From contig CAWDSQ010000007.1 of assembly GCA_963804955.1 (NCBI GenBank), forward strand, positions 1 through 64,000: a DNA stretch of 64,000 nucleotides, given 5' to 3'. Position numbers and translations under genes: made by a program. The notes under the pieces were generated by a model. The model made no database searches and was not told the origin of the DNA. It saw only the letters and a list, made by a program, of their open reading frames with translations. The DNA is from an uncultured delta proteobacterium. GTDB lineage: Bacteria > Desulfobacterota > WTBG01 > CAIYCZ01 > CAIRTM01. Of this stretch, positions 41,667-51,972 are shown piece after piece. How positions within the stretch are numbered: position 1 is the first letter of the stretch; each line of letters opens with the position of its first letter.

Positions 41667-42149
41667 ATGATGGATAATAAACTTCTAAAAGGGCCAATAC
41701 CCATGATGCAATTCAAAGATGAACGGGATCGAGAGGACGTGCTGAGCTGTCTTACGGAAAACATGAACGAAGAGTTTCGGGCGACGCTTCAATACATCTG
41801 CCACCGCATCTCGGCAAAAGGCATCGACGAAACGCTGTCGGATTCATTTAAATCTGCGGCCCTTGACGAAATGTCCCATATCCTCTTCTTCTCAGACCTC
41901 ATCACCAAATACGGCGGCGCCCCCCGGTTTACCCCCTGGCCCATCGACCAGAGCCCTGATGTCAAAGCCATGCTGACAAGCGATATAGCCCTTGAAAAAA
42001 AAGCCCGCGAGCGATACAGCGGCCAGCTTGAACGCTTTGCAGACTACCCCGAGCTTGCCGGAATAGTAAAAAATGTGCTCGATGATGAAGGAGATCATGA
42101 GGAGCTGTTTGCCGGCTATCTAGCCAGGCTGCCCGGTCCTGCGCTATGA
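41667..42149 (+). CDS. Ferritin-like (bacterioferritin-type) domain protein
   Basis: E...LQY..H, DEMSH, LE..A..RY, DEGDH di-iron pattern. Confidence 0.85.
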   Translation: MMDNKLLKGPIPMMQFKDERDREDVLSCLTENMNEEFRATLQYICHRISAKGIDETLSDSFKSAALDEMSHILFFSDLITKYGGAPRFTPWPIDQSPDVKAMLTSDIALEKKARERYSGQLERFADYPELAGIVKNVLDDEGDHEELFAGYLARLPGPAL

Positions 42150-44585
42150 AGCTTTTTGCTTGCGCGAAACCGGCTTTCTCCGTTTTTTCTTTCCCGCAGG
42201 CCGGGGCTCTGCAACCAGCGCAGCTTTGATCGCCTCATCAATACGGTCAACAAAAACAAATGTCATATCAGCTTTAACCGCATCGGGCGTTTCATCGAGA
42301 TCTTTTTTATTAAGCCGCGGCAGAATAACGGTAGTGATGCCGGCCCGCTTGGCAGCAAGAACCTTCTCCTTCAGTCCGCCTATCGGGAGAACCTTGCCAC
42401 GCAGCGTGATCTCGCCGGTCATGGCAATATCGGAGCGAATAAGTTTCCCTGTAAGCATTGAGGTGAGCGCACAGGCCATGGGAATGCCCGCGGAAGGGCC
42501 GTCCTTGGAAATTGCCCCTTCGGGAATGTGCAGATGAATGTCCAGCTTTTTGTAAAAATCTGTAGGTATGCCCAGCTCCCGTGCGTTTGAACGTACATAG
42601 CTCAAAGCCGCCTGAGCAGACTCCTTCATAACATCCCCCAGCTGGCCCGTTATGATAAGACCTTTAGCGCCGTCCATCTTTGTGGCTTCGACAAAAAGAA
42701 TATCTCCGCCCGATGGCGTCCAGGCAAGACCGGTAGCGATTCCGGGCATAGTTATGCGCTCTGCGATATCTGAAAAATATTTTTGCTGCCCCAGGAACTC
42801 CGGCACATCAGTTTTTCCGATATCCATGTGCGTAAGCGAGCCATCTGCAACCTTTCGTGCCACGCCGCGAAAAATTGCTGCAATCTCCCGCTCGAGATTG
42901 CGCACCCCGGCCTCACGTGTGTACTCCTGTATAACCAGCCGAATGGCATCATCTGAAATGGTTAAAGCATCTTCTGTAAGGCCGTGTTCCGCGAGCTGGC
43001 GCTGCACAAGAAATGTCCGCGCGATATGCAGTTTTTCAAGCTCGGTGTAACCGGGAAGCTCCAGCACTTCAAGCCGGTCGCGAAGAGCTGCGGGTATGAC
43101 ATCGATGACATTTGCCGTCGTTATGAAAAAAACATTTGAAAGATCAAAAGGGACCTCAAGATAATGATCTGAAAATGCATGATTCTGTTCCGGATCCAGC
43201 ACTTCCAGCAGTGCTGAGGACGGGTCCCCCCTGAAATCCATGCCCAGCTTGTCTATTTCGTCAAGCATGAAGACAGGATTACTGGAACCTGCTTTTTTCA
43301 TATTCTGAATGATACGCCCCGGCAGCGCCCCGACATAGGTACGACGATGGCCGCGGATTTCAGCCTCATCGCGCACCCCGCCAAGTGAGATGCGAATAAA
43401 CGTCCGGCCAAGCGCCCGGGCTATCGAACGTCCGAGTGATGTTTTGCCAACTCCCGGGGGGCCATAAAAACAAAGTATCGGACCCTTCATATCATTTTTA
43501 AGCTTGCGCACAGCCACATACTCCACAATGCGCTTCTTGATCTTTTCAAGATCATAATGGTCCTCATGGAGAACTTTTTCAACGCTGAGGATGTCAAGAT
43601 TGTCCTCAGTGGCCGTATCCCATGGCATGTCAGTAAGCCAGTCAATATAGGTTCTTGATACGGAATATTCGGCTGCCGCAGGCGACATCATGGCAAGCCG
43701 TTCAACCTCCTTGATCGCTGCCTTTTCAGCCTCTGCCGAAAGGCGGGCTTCTTTGATTCTGGCCCTCAGCCCATCAATTTCAACCTGCTGATCATCCTTA
43801 TCACCGAGTTCAGCCTGTATCTTTTTCAGCTGCTCGCGCAGAAGGTGCTCACGCTGACGCTGGCCGAACTCCTCAGCTATCTCGGACTGGATCTTGTTGC
43901 TCAAGTCCATCTTTTGAATCTCGGTTTGAATGATGCCGAGAGCTTTTCGAAACCGCTCCCGAATCTGGCGTTCTTCCAGCACCTCCTGCTGCTTCTGAAC
44001 GTCGGATGAGGAGTTGGCAACGGAAAAATCAATAATGCGTGAATAGTCATTAAGATTAGCGGCGATAATTTTAAGCTGATCAGAAAGCTGCGGCGATGCA
44101 TCCACAAGGCGGGCAAATTGATTTCGAAGCGTATCAAGCATCGCGTCCAATTCATCGCTCCGCATAATCTCATCTTCCAGAATCCGAACCTCAGCCATAA
44201 TATAGGGCTGTTTCTGGATAAAAGTATCTATCTGCATGCGGGCAACACCCTGACAGATAAAGCTCACTTCTCCCTCTCCGGTATTCATAAGCTTTATGAT
44301 ACGCGCTGCTGTTCCAATCATGCATAAATCAGATGTATCGGGTGTATCGACCTGCTGATTCCGTATCAAGGTAAGCCCCAGAAAACGGTCACGCACCGCC
44401 GCCTCGTTGATCATGCGTGCATAACTGGCGTTTTTGACTGAAATAGGCCCTATGGCATGCGGAAAAACAACAAAGTTGGTCAAAGGCAAAATTGGCAGTT
44501 GCGAAGGGATATGCGATTTTTCAGAATCTACGGCCTGCGGCGCATCAGAGGACACATCGACGGATACATCTTTTTCTTCTTCCAT
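42144..44585 (-). CDS. lon: ATP-dependent Lon protease
   Basis: GPPGVGKTS, RRTYVGALPG, KDGPSAG, GGLKEK. Confidence 0.97.
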   Translation of the reverse strand: MEEEKDVSVDVSSDAPQAVDSEKSHIPSQLPILPLTNFVVFPHAIGPISVKNASYARMINEAAVRDRFLGLTLIRNQQVDTPDTSDLCMIGTAARIIKLMNTGEGEVSFICQGVARMQIDTFIQKQPYIMAEVRILEDEIMRSDELDAMLDTLRNQFARLVDASPQLSDQLKIIAANLNDYSRIIDFSVANSSSDVQKQQEVLEERQIRERFRKALGIIQTEIQKMDLSNKIQSEIAEEFGQRQREHLLREQLKKIQAELGDKDDQQVEIDGLRARIKEARLSAEAEKAAIKEVERLAMMSPAAAEYSVSRTYIDWLTDMPWDTATEDNLDILSVEKVLHEDHYDLEKIKKRIVEYVAVRKLKNDMKGPILCFYGPPGVGKTSLGRSIARALGRTFIRISLGGVRDEAEIRGHRRTYVGALPGRIIQNMKKAGSSNPVFMLDEIDKLGMDFRGDPSSALLEVLDPEQNHAFSDHYLEVPFDLSNVFFITTANVIDVIPAALRDRLEVLELPGYTELEKLHIARTFLVQRQLAEHGLTEDALTISDDAIRLVIQEYTREAGVRNLEREIAAIFRGVARKVADGSLTHMDIGKTDVPEFLGQQKYFSDIAERITMPGIATGLAWTPSGGDILFVEATKMDGAKGLIITGQLGDVMKESAQAALSYVRSNARELGIPTDFYKKLDIHLHIPEGAISKDGPSAGIPMACALTSMLTGKLIRSDIAMTGEITLRGKVLPIGGLKEKVLAAKRAGITTVILPRLNKKDLDETPDAVKADMTFVFVDRIDEAIKAALVAEPRPAGKKKRRKPVSRKQKAS

Positions 44586-44641
44586 GGATATCTCCTTATA
44601 CTAAGACTATATCCAGCCTCAAGCTGATTTCATCTGCGCTT

Positions 44642-45061
44642 TTATTCAACTAAAATTAAACGGCGGTCACACCTGAACAAGCGCAGATAAAGAAAGCCGT
44701 TTTCATACCGTGCCTCTATGCTGTTCTCGTCGATATCAGCCGGTATTCGAAAACGCTTCTGGAAGTGCCCGAAGTCTATCTCAAGCCTGTGGACCGATTG
44801 CTTACCGGGGATATCGGGCTCCCGGCGAGTGCCTGAAACCGATAGGAGCTTGCCCTCAACAACAATAGACACTTCATCCCGCGTGATGCCTGCAATGTCC
44901 AGTATGATAACCATGCCGTCATTTACTTCGTAGATATCTGTATCGGGCGCCCACATGTCTTTGGCATAACAACGCATGGAAGGCTGCGGATAATCAATAT
45001 CATCGTCCGGATGGAGCGTAAATGCTCCCATCTTGAACCAGTTGCACCTTGCTGAACTCAT
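44642..45061 (-). CDS. Hsp20/alpha-crystallin family protein
   Basis: PDTDIYE, DIAGI, EIDFGHF.KRF.IP, ARYENGFL. Confidence 0.9.
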   Translation of the reverse strand: MSSARCNWFKMGAFTLHPDDDIDYPQPSMRCYAKDMWAPDTDIYEVNDGMVIILDIAGITRDEVSIVVEGKLLSVSGTRREPDIPGKQSVHRLEIDFGHFQKRFRIPADIDENSIEARYENGFLYLRLFRCDRRLILVE

Positions 45062-45157
45062 ACTCTCCTCCCCAAACAAGATGTCTATCTGACCGCCCTG
45101 CACATGGCGTCTATGTTATAGCACTGTATACGCATATTTTACAGAATTGCAATTCAT

Positions 45158-45191
45158 AAAAAAGCGCCCGCGGATAAAACCCGCGGGCGCT
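45158..45191 (-). terminator. Rho-independent terminator after the PPIase gene
   Basis: AGCGCCCGCGG/CCGCGGGCGCT stem with an adjacent A6 (U tract on the minus strand). Confidence 0.8.
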
Positions 45192-45216
45192 GATCTGGTG
45201 CTTTAAAAAAGCATTC

Positions 45217-46323
45217 TCAATTTTTACCATATACTATGGTTGCCTGCTTGGTTAAACCATCAATATAGTCCTTAATGGCCTTCTGTTTGTTTTGCTCCTG
45301 AAGGCTCTTGATGATGTCAGGCTTCACTTCATCGAGAGTTTTTGTCTTTGCCTGCATATGCTCCAGCGTCTGAATGATATGATAGCCGAACTGGGTTTCG
45401 ACCACAGGACCTATCGCATCGACCTTCTGGCCGAATGCGGCATCCTCAAAAGGTTTCACCATTTGCCCCTTCGAAAACGTACCGAGATCGCCGCCCTTGG
45501 CTTTGCTGGGACAATCGGAACTTTCCTGCGCTAACTTAGCGAAATCTCCGCCTGCTAGAAGCTTCTTGCGGATGTCATCAATCTTAGCCTTCTTTGGCTT
45601 TTTCACCGTTTCGTTATCTGTGGCATTTGTCTTCACAAGAATATGGCGTGCGTGAACCTTTTCCGGCTCATCAAATTTCGCCTTATTGACATCAAAATAA
45701 TTCTTAATTTCTTCATCTGCGGGTGTGGGGCCAGCCGTAATCTGCGAATCCATCAGCTTCTTGGCCTTGAGGATATTCTTGATATCGGACTTCAGTTTGT
45801 CAATGCTGACACCCTGCTGCTTGAGAACATCCTCAAGTTTCGTGCCTGGGGGAATCTGCTGCTCATACTCCTTTAGCTGCGCATTTACTTCATCGTCCGT
45901 GACTATAATCTTCTTCTTGTCGGCTTCCTGCGCAAGCACGGTCTTCTGGATAAAATAATCTGAAAGCTGCTGGCGCCATTTGCCCTTCATCTGCTCAAGC
46001 TGTGCCTTTACCTGCTCCATCTGCTCGGGGGGTACCTGCTTTGAGATAGAGGCCATCTGGCCATCAAGCATTGCATCCACTTCAGCGGTGGTCAATTTTT
46101 CGTCATTAACTTTAACGATAAAATCATCCTTGCCGTCTGAGGCAGGTTTGGCATCAGCTTTTGGAGCCGGTACTTTAGGAACTTCGGCCTTGGGTTTTTC
46201 AACCTTTTGTTCTGCCGGCTTCTTGTCATTCTCTGAGGCCGAACACGCAACAAGGTTCATAGCAAAAACCATGGCAACAGCAAGTGCGAAAATGGGCATA
46301 CATACTGCTGGATACTTTTTCAT
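45217..46323 (-). CDS. PpiC-type peptidyl-prolyl isomerase (SurA/PrsA-like lipoprotein)
   Basis: Lipobox LVAC; VHARHILV, SDCPSKAKGGDLG.F..GQMVKPFE, TQFGYHII. Confidence 0.92.
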   Translation of the reverse strand: MKKYPAVCMPIFALAVAMVFAMNLVACSASENDKKPAEQKVEKPKAEVPKVPAPKADAKPASDGKDDFIVKVNDEKLTTAEVDAMLDGQMASISKQVPPEQMEQVKAQLEQMKGKWRQQLSDYFIQKTVLAQEADKKKIIVTDDEVNAQLKEYEQQIPPGTKLEDVLKQQGVSIDKLKSDIKNILKAKKLMDSQITAGPTPADEEIKNYFDVNKAKFDEPEKVHARHILVKTNATDNETVKKPKKAKIDDIRKKLLAGGDFAKLAQESSDCPSKAKGGDLGTFSKGQMVKPFEDAAFGQKVDAIGPVVETQFGYHIIQTLEHMQAKTKTLDEVKPDIIKSLQEQNKQKAIKDYIDGLTKQATIVYGKN

Positions 46324-46677
46324 CAATACTCCTTTCAAAAACATTCACCTTTTACCCTCTTTTTATTTGAATAACTTCGCATATCTGAACATTTGGCGAG
46401 TTATCAAATGAGAGAGAGGCACCGTAATAAATTTGTACTATATCGGCTTGGGGGGCTGAGTGTCAATATAAAATAATCAGTTAAAAAGACAAAATCATGC
46501 ATTTGGAGCTAATAAGCTGACGTTGCGTTTATTTATTATTCTGGGACCAAAACCAGTACAGCACCCGTAACGGCAATCCGGGCATCGTGGAACTCAACAC
46601 GAACGATCTCAGTACCATAAGCGGCACTACTTGTATTCGCAAACAACCTTCAATTGAAACGCACGAGCCTCACCAGA

Positions 46678-46717
46678 AAATAAGCCCCCGTGACAAACAT
46701 CGTCAGAGGGCTTATTT
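46678..46717 (-). terminator. Terminator-like hairpin closing the nitrogenase-like cluster
   Basis: AAATAAGCCC ... GGGCTTATTT inverted repeat. Confidence 0.6.
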
Positions 46718-46738
46718 GATTTCTTGATAGCTTAAAAC

Positions 46739-47700
46739 TTACTTCTTTACCGGCATGCTTCCAGTTGCTCAAGCACTCAGCTGATCATCATTCCATGCAC
46801 CCAGGTGCACTACGGGAATTGAAGAAGGCACTCCTGACCGGTCCACCATGGAACGGAATTTCATGCTCGCTGTGAATGCTCTCCGCGCTTATGTTGACGG
46901 CGAAACCAGTATCTTTTTGACGCCGCCGGCAAGTAGCCCCTGCACAGCGGCTGTATGTCCGGCTGCTTGAATTCCATATAGGCAAGAGCGATATGAGCTC
47001 TTTTAAAGCCTTCGGCCGCAAGCAGCTTTTTTGTTTCCAGCCGGAATGAGTTCTCCTGCTCGGGCTGTGTTTTAAATAAGGCGTCCCAGGATGCGGGCTG
47101 GCCATGGGCACCAGCAGAATGCCGATATCGGATTTGTCCATATCCACTGAGGCCCTGAGTGCGCGCTCGACGTTCATGCGCATCAGCCGCTGGAGTTTTT
47201 AGCGTATCCGTGAACGCACAGCTTCACGCCGTGTTTTTCAGGCTGCAGAGCTCGATCTCTTTCGGCCCATAGCGGAGTGATCCGAATCGGTAAGCCAGAC
47301 ATTGCGAAGTACACGCCGGTCAAGCCCCCTCATGTAAGGCGCGGGCTGCCGCGACATCGGCATGCTGGGCGTCGTTCGGAAGCGGCGATATGCACACGGG
47401 AATTGAGGATCGCACTTTTTCCGGTATAAAGCCTCGATCCGCTCCATGGATGCGTATTTCATGCGGTTATGAAAGCTCTCGGCGCTTAAATTGACCGGAT
47501 TCAACCAGGACTTTCTTGAAAAAAAACGGCCTGAAGGGCCAGGCACAAACGGCACGCCGGTTTCATCCGATTTCATGTCGGATGGCATGATTTCCATGCC
47601 GGCAAAAGCGCCATCGTACGTCTCTAAGGCTCGCCGTGGGTAAAACAGATGATGGCTGTATGCCCAGGCGATGTTGAGCGCACCGGCGCGGGCTGTTTTT
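46739..47700 (-). pseudogene. Class II (CbiX/SirB/ferrochelatase-like) chelatase gene broken by multiple indels
   Basis: Stitched across frames: GHTAIICFTHGEP, DETGVPFVP..FRPFFF, DIGILLVAHGQPASW...EQENSFR, IALAYMEFKQPDI, GGVKKIL, ISAESIHSEHEIP, LGAWND. Confidence 0.7.
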
Positions 47701-48044
47701 CAAATACCGGCGTCCCAGGTACACGGGCAGGCGATAAGCTACCAGCGAATGCCGCACATCAGCAGAGCCCGAGTCCATAGTCACCTGCGGACCTTGATTG
47801 CAAGCTCGCACGATCATGCGCATCAGACGTCAGGAATTTTTGAGCGTATCGGAAACGCACAGCCGGCACGCCATATTGTTCAGGCTGCAATGCCTCGATA
47901 TCGTACTGCGAGACCCCTGCGACAAGGGAATAAACGCTGCAATCATACCGTATACAAAACCCCGACATTTAAAAGAATAAGGCGGTCAGTCGCCGTCCTG
48001 TACGGCGACTAAAGCGCCGCTCCTCCGTTAACATTCATAAATCG

Positions 48045-48069
48045 GTAGGGGCTCAAAATTTTGAGCCCC
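48045..48069. repeat. GTAG-headed REP-like perfect palindrome
   Basis: GTAG overlapping the 22-bp palindrome GGGGCTCAAAATTTTGAGCCCC. Confidence 0.5.
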
Positions 48070-48082
48070 GGCATTGGAACCG

Positions 48083-48856
48083 TTACAATTTTATAAGAAA
48101 CTGCTCCGGCCTCTTGGACCGCGGCGCGCGCAACGACTTCAAAGGTGCGGTTCTTCATGGCCGGGTTCTCCAGGGCATCAACGCACACGCGGGCAATCTG
48201 CTCGCGCTTCACGCGGCCCGTGATCTTGCCGCCCTCGCCGAAGGCGACTTCATCAGGACTTTTACCTTCGTGTACCCGCCGGGCCGTATGATCGTGTAAT
48301 CGATCCCGCAGGACTGAATGAATGCCTCGCTCTTGTCCCTTGTGACTCAGCACGCTCATCATTGGCCATCTATACATGGGCGATACGGCATCGCGGCTGT
48401 TGCCAACCCCGACGGATGAAATGACAACGATCTGCTTGAGGCCCTTTGCCTTGGCGGCCCGCGCAAGGTTCTGGTTACCCATATTGTCGATCTTGTCGTT
48501 TTCCGACCCCTGAAGGGCTTTTTGGAGCCGATGGCGCTTATCATGTAGTGCGCGCCTTCCATGGCCTTCTCAAGAACGGCACAGAGGTAAGATCCCCTCA
48601 GCGCACGGTCTACACCCGTGAGGCCGCAGGTTGGAGCCGAGTCAAACGGCGGCACCATGAGGGCCCGCACCTTGTAGCCCCGCTTCAAAAGCTCCTGCAC
48701 CACCAGCCTGGCCTGTCCCTGCCGTGGCGCCTGCAACCACTACTGTTTTTTCACCGAGCCATACTTGCCTCCTTGCAATATATTTTGTGGATAGCGCTTC
48801 GCAGGCCCAACCGACATCCAAGAAAAAACCAATAAAACTAAAGGACCGATATGCAT
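48083..48856 (-). CDS. NAD(P)H-binding atypical SDR family protein (frameshifted in this sequence)
   Basis: VVVAGAT...RLVVQELLKRGYKVRAL, GNQNLARAAKAKGLKQIVVISSVGVG, REQIARVCVDAL...NRTFEV in different frames. Confidence 0.75.
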
Positions 48857-48858
48857 TT

Positions 48859-50586
48859 TTACATCCCAACTCTTTTCTGAACTCCTCCACCGTCGCGCCA
48901 ATGACAGTTATCCCGTGATTTGCCGCGGGCATAATCCTCGGTGCCGGAAACTGCGGCCTGACGGAAGGGCGACGGCACAAGCTCGAGCATGCCCTTTGCC
49001 TCGTCATCCCACGGCATGGTGAAGGTGAGGCTTGAGATCGGCACTTCTTCATCTTCTTCTGCGGCCGGGGGAGGTACTGCGTCATCGCCAAAGACAGCCG
49101 AAAACTTGGCCTTGAACTTGGTTGGCGTAAACTTATCGGATACTTCCCGAAAGATTGTTACCGTCACATTAGTGCCCCGCTCTTTGGCGATCTGCTCGGC
49201 AACGGAATGCAGCTTTTTTAGGGCTGTAGCACGCACGAAGTGCGGTATCATCTCGCCAACCTTTATCATGGCCTGCTCTGCCGCGATGTCCCAGGGCACT
49301 GAGCCCGTGGAGATGGAGCCCATCATATCGCCCTTGGTCTCAAGGAATATGCCCATATAGACCTCGTTCACCAGGCCCTCAACAAGGTACTTGGCGCCCA
49401 TAAAGCCCATAAACGGGCAGTTCTCCGAGCTCAAATACCCGATGGTGGGAATATCCGAGAAAATAAAATTTTTGAACCCCTCATCCATGCTCACTTTCTT
49501 ATCATAGAAGTTGCCATAGATTACCATGGGGCCTTTTTCAACGAACTTGTCGCGCTTCTCCTCAATGGTGGGGCATATGAGCACATCATCGCACAGGGCC
49601 TCGAGGCGCTTTGCCGCATCGTGGTTGCTCACCGCAGTCATGACGATGCCAACGCCCACCTCTTTATTCAAAAACTCGCTGATGCCCACGGCATAGGTGT
49701 TGGCATTTTCAAGTGACAATGCCGCGGTCATTTCAAAGGTGACGGCAAAGACCATATTTGACGAAATGAACTCGAAGGCATTGGCCATCGTTTCTTTCAG
49801 ATACGGCGTCGCATCGATCTTGAAAAAACCGGCGACGCTCTCAAGCCATGCCGCAGAATTCCCGAACCCGATGGGGATAATGTCCGCCATATATGGAATG
49901 CCGAAGCGTTTCTCCATTTCCTGAGCCACCCGCACACCGCTGTCATAGGGGTAGATGCAGAGATTGAGCTCTGCCTGCGCAGCATTTTTAATCTGGCCGA
50001 TGGTTGCGCCTGCAGTGTAGACGCAGTTGACGGTGACGCCGATGCCGGCGAGCATCCGCGTCAGCTCATACACGTCGGCGCGCCAGTTGAAGGTCGAAAA
50101 CGTTGGGCCGATGATGTTGACCGACCGGGGGACTTTTTTGACCGCCGGGTCGACAAGATCAAGAATGCGGATAAAGGCAGTCTCCTTGCCCTCCACAAGC
50201 GAACCGCCGATGGGCGGGTGGATAATGACAGTGTCTTTAAAGCCAACCTTCTTCACAATGCCTTCCACATCGTCGCGCGTCACCTCGACAGTGGGAGCGG
50301 TCACGATTAAAATTGCGCCGGGCTTTTTTGCCGCGATCTTCTCGAGCGTGGTCTCCATGCGGTCTTCGGCGCCCTGCATGATGTTGGCATACGAGAGGTT
50401 GGTCGAATACAGCTCGCAGGACCAGTCATTGACCAGGGCATTCACATGCTGGTTTATGTAGCAGCCCGGGGGCGAATGAAAGATGGTGTCCGCGCCCTTG
50501 ATGCCCAGGCAGGTCCAGAGAGCACCCTCAAAAGCCGAGGGAGTGTGCAGCTCCTGCATTTTGAAATCTTTTTGTGTCTCATTCAT
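48859..50586 (-). CDS. Nitrogenase component-1-like subunit, BchB/BchZ-like, with two C-terminal PCP_red-like domains
   Basis: PSAFEGA, HSPPGC, VNIIGPT..TFNWRAD..EL.RML, PFMGFMGA; tails WDIAAE...IPHFVR and WDDEAK.MLELVPSPFR. Confidence 0.85.
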   Translation of the reverse strand: MNETQKDFKMQELHTPSAFEGALWTCLGIKGADTIFHSPPGCYINQHVNALVNDWSCELYSTNLSYANIMQGAEDRMETTLEKIAAKKPGAILIVTAPTVEVTRDDVEGIVKKVGFKDTVIIHPPIGGSLVEGKETAFIRILDLVDPAVKKVPRSVNIIGPTFSTFNWRADVYELTRMLAGIGVTVNCVYTAGATIGQIKNAAQAELNLCIYPYDSGVRVAQEMEKRFGIPYMADIIPIGFGNSAAWLESVAGFFKIDATPYLKETMANAFEFISSNMVFAVTFEMTAALSLENANTYAVGISEFLNKEVGVGIVMTAVSNHDAAKRLEALCDDVLICPTIEEKRDKFVEKGPMVIYGNFYDKKVSMDEGFKNFIFSDIPTIGYLSSENCPFMGFMGAKYLVEGLVNEVYMGIFLETKGDMMGSISTGSVPWDIAAEQAMIKVGEMIPHFVRATALKKLHSVAEQIAKERGTNVTVTIFREVSDKFTPTKFKAKFSAVFGDDAVPPPAAEEDEEVPISSLTFTMPWDDEAKGMLELVPSPFRQAAVSGTEDYARGKSRDNCHWRDGGGVQKRVGM

Positions 50587-50587
50587 G

Positions 50588-51824
50588 TCAGCCTCCATAT
50601 TTCCGCACAAGGCCCTGCCAGGTTTCATAGACGGGCTTGTGCATGTTTTTGAAGAAATTAGTGCCAAGATCGATTGCATAATCGTAGCCGTACTCACACA
50701 GGTACAGCATGTTGATGAACGTGGGCACGAGGCGCGACACGCACTCGGGCTGTGCTTGAAATTCAACCGACACGGCCGTGGGCTTAATCCTGTCGATTAC
50801 GTCGCCGATCAGGTCGAAATCCTCCTCGATAAAGGTAACGCCGTAGCGCTCCTGCATGAGCTTTTTTTCCTGCTGGTAAAATTTATTCTTCATGGACGGC
50901 ACCACAAAAACCTCGGCGCCGAACTCGGCAAAAATCTTGCCGACTGACACTTCGTTTGCCGGTCCTGCCACCATGAGCATGCGGACCTTCTCTTTGGCAA
51001 AACGCTCCCGGATTTTCTCAAGCTCCGGCTTCACGCGCTTTTCCTCTTCATCCACAAGGTCATGCAGCTTTTGATTGTTCATCCTGTCGGCAATAGCGCG
51101 CAGGAAGTTTGACGTGCCCTGAATGCCCGTGGGAATCTCGATAAACTCAACCTCGCCGCCGAAGTTTTCATTCAGGTGCTTGCAGGTAAGCCAGGGTGTT
51201 ATGTGAATGGGATAAGTATTTTTCCGCGCAGACGATCTTAGCCATGCTGTCGATATGGGGCGTGGGAAAGACGAAGTACGGGATATCGGCCTTTTTGAAA
51301 AACATCTCAAGAGAGGCAAGATTGCCCGCGTCCTGGCCCGTGCGGCCGACAATGCCGATAGAGCCGGGCACCTTCTCCTGTTTCTCAAACGTGTCGAGCA
51401 CCGCAACCCAGGCGGCATCAGAGCCCAGGGGCATGGAGCGCGGATAGTTGAAACCGGTAAGGCAGGTGCTCACTTTCAGCTCCGGGATTTCCTTTTTGAG
51501 CTCTATGATAACGCCTTCAATATCCTCGCCGATAAGCTGGGGAATGCAGGTATTGATGATGACGATGACTTTAGGGTGATATTTGTTATAAAGGTTCTTG
51601 ACCTGCAGCTTTAGGCCTGCCTCGCCGCCGAAAATGACGTCGCTTTTGTTGACAAGCGTACCGGCAGTCACAAGCTGCGCCGGTCGGCATGACATGGAGC
51701 CCACCTGGTTCTGGTACGAGCAGGGCTGGGGCCCGTGCAGAAGCGGTATGACGCCTTCGATTTTGCCCAGGCTTGCCAGGGCCTGAATCGTGGAGCAGCA
51801 GTGTTCATAGTGTTTCAGGGGCAT
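50588..51824 (-). CDS. Nitrogenase component-1-like subunit, BchN/BchY/CfbD-like, about 411 aa (1-nt frameshift near 51220)
   Basis: HCC, LHGPQPC, DVIFGGE..L, NTCIPQLIGEDI; later PTGIQGT.NFL..IA and YGYD; removing one A from the A5 run joins the two ORFs. Confidence 0.85.
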
Positions 51825-51972
51825 AGGGACCTCCTAATGTAAATTCCTGATTTTGGATTGCCGTATTTTGCATCCCGCAGATGTATTCCTTTTTTTAGCG
51901 AAATCCGCAGCCCACCCTGCATGTTGTCGACCGATTTCAACCAGTGAAGAGCTTCGGCTAATCAAATAATTT

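Noticed and set aside
42144..45061. hsp20-lon pairing as a novel system
   Set aside because: Ordinary protein quality-control arrangement.
51215..51225. Programmed frameshift in the BchN-like gene
   Set aside because: Only an A5 run with no clear slippery heptamer or stimulatory structure, and many similar indels nearby; error is more likely.
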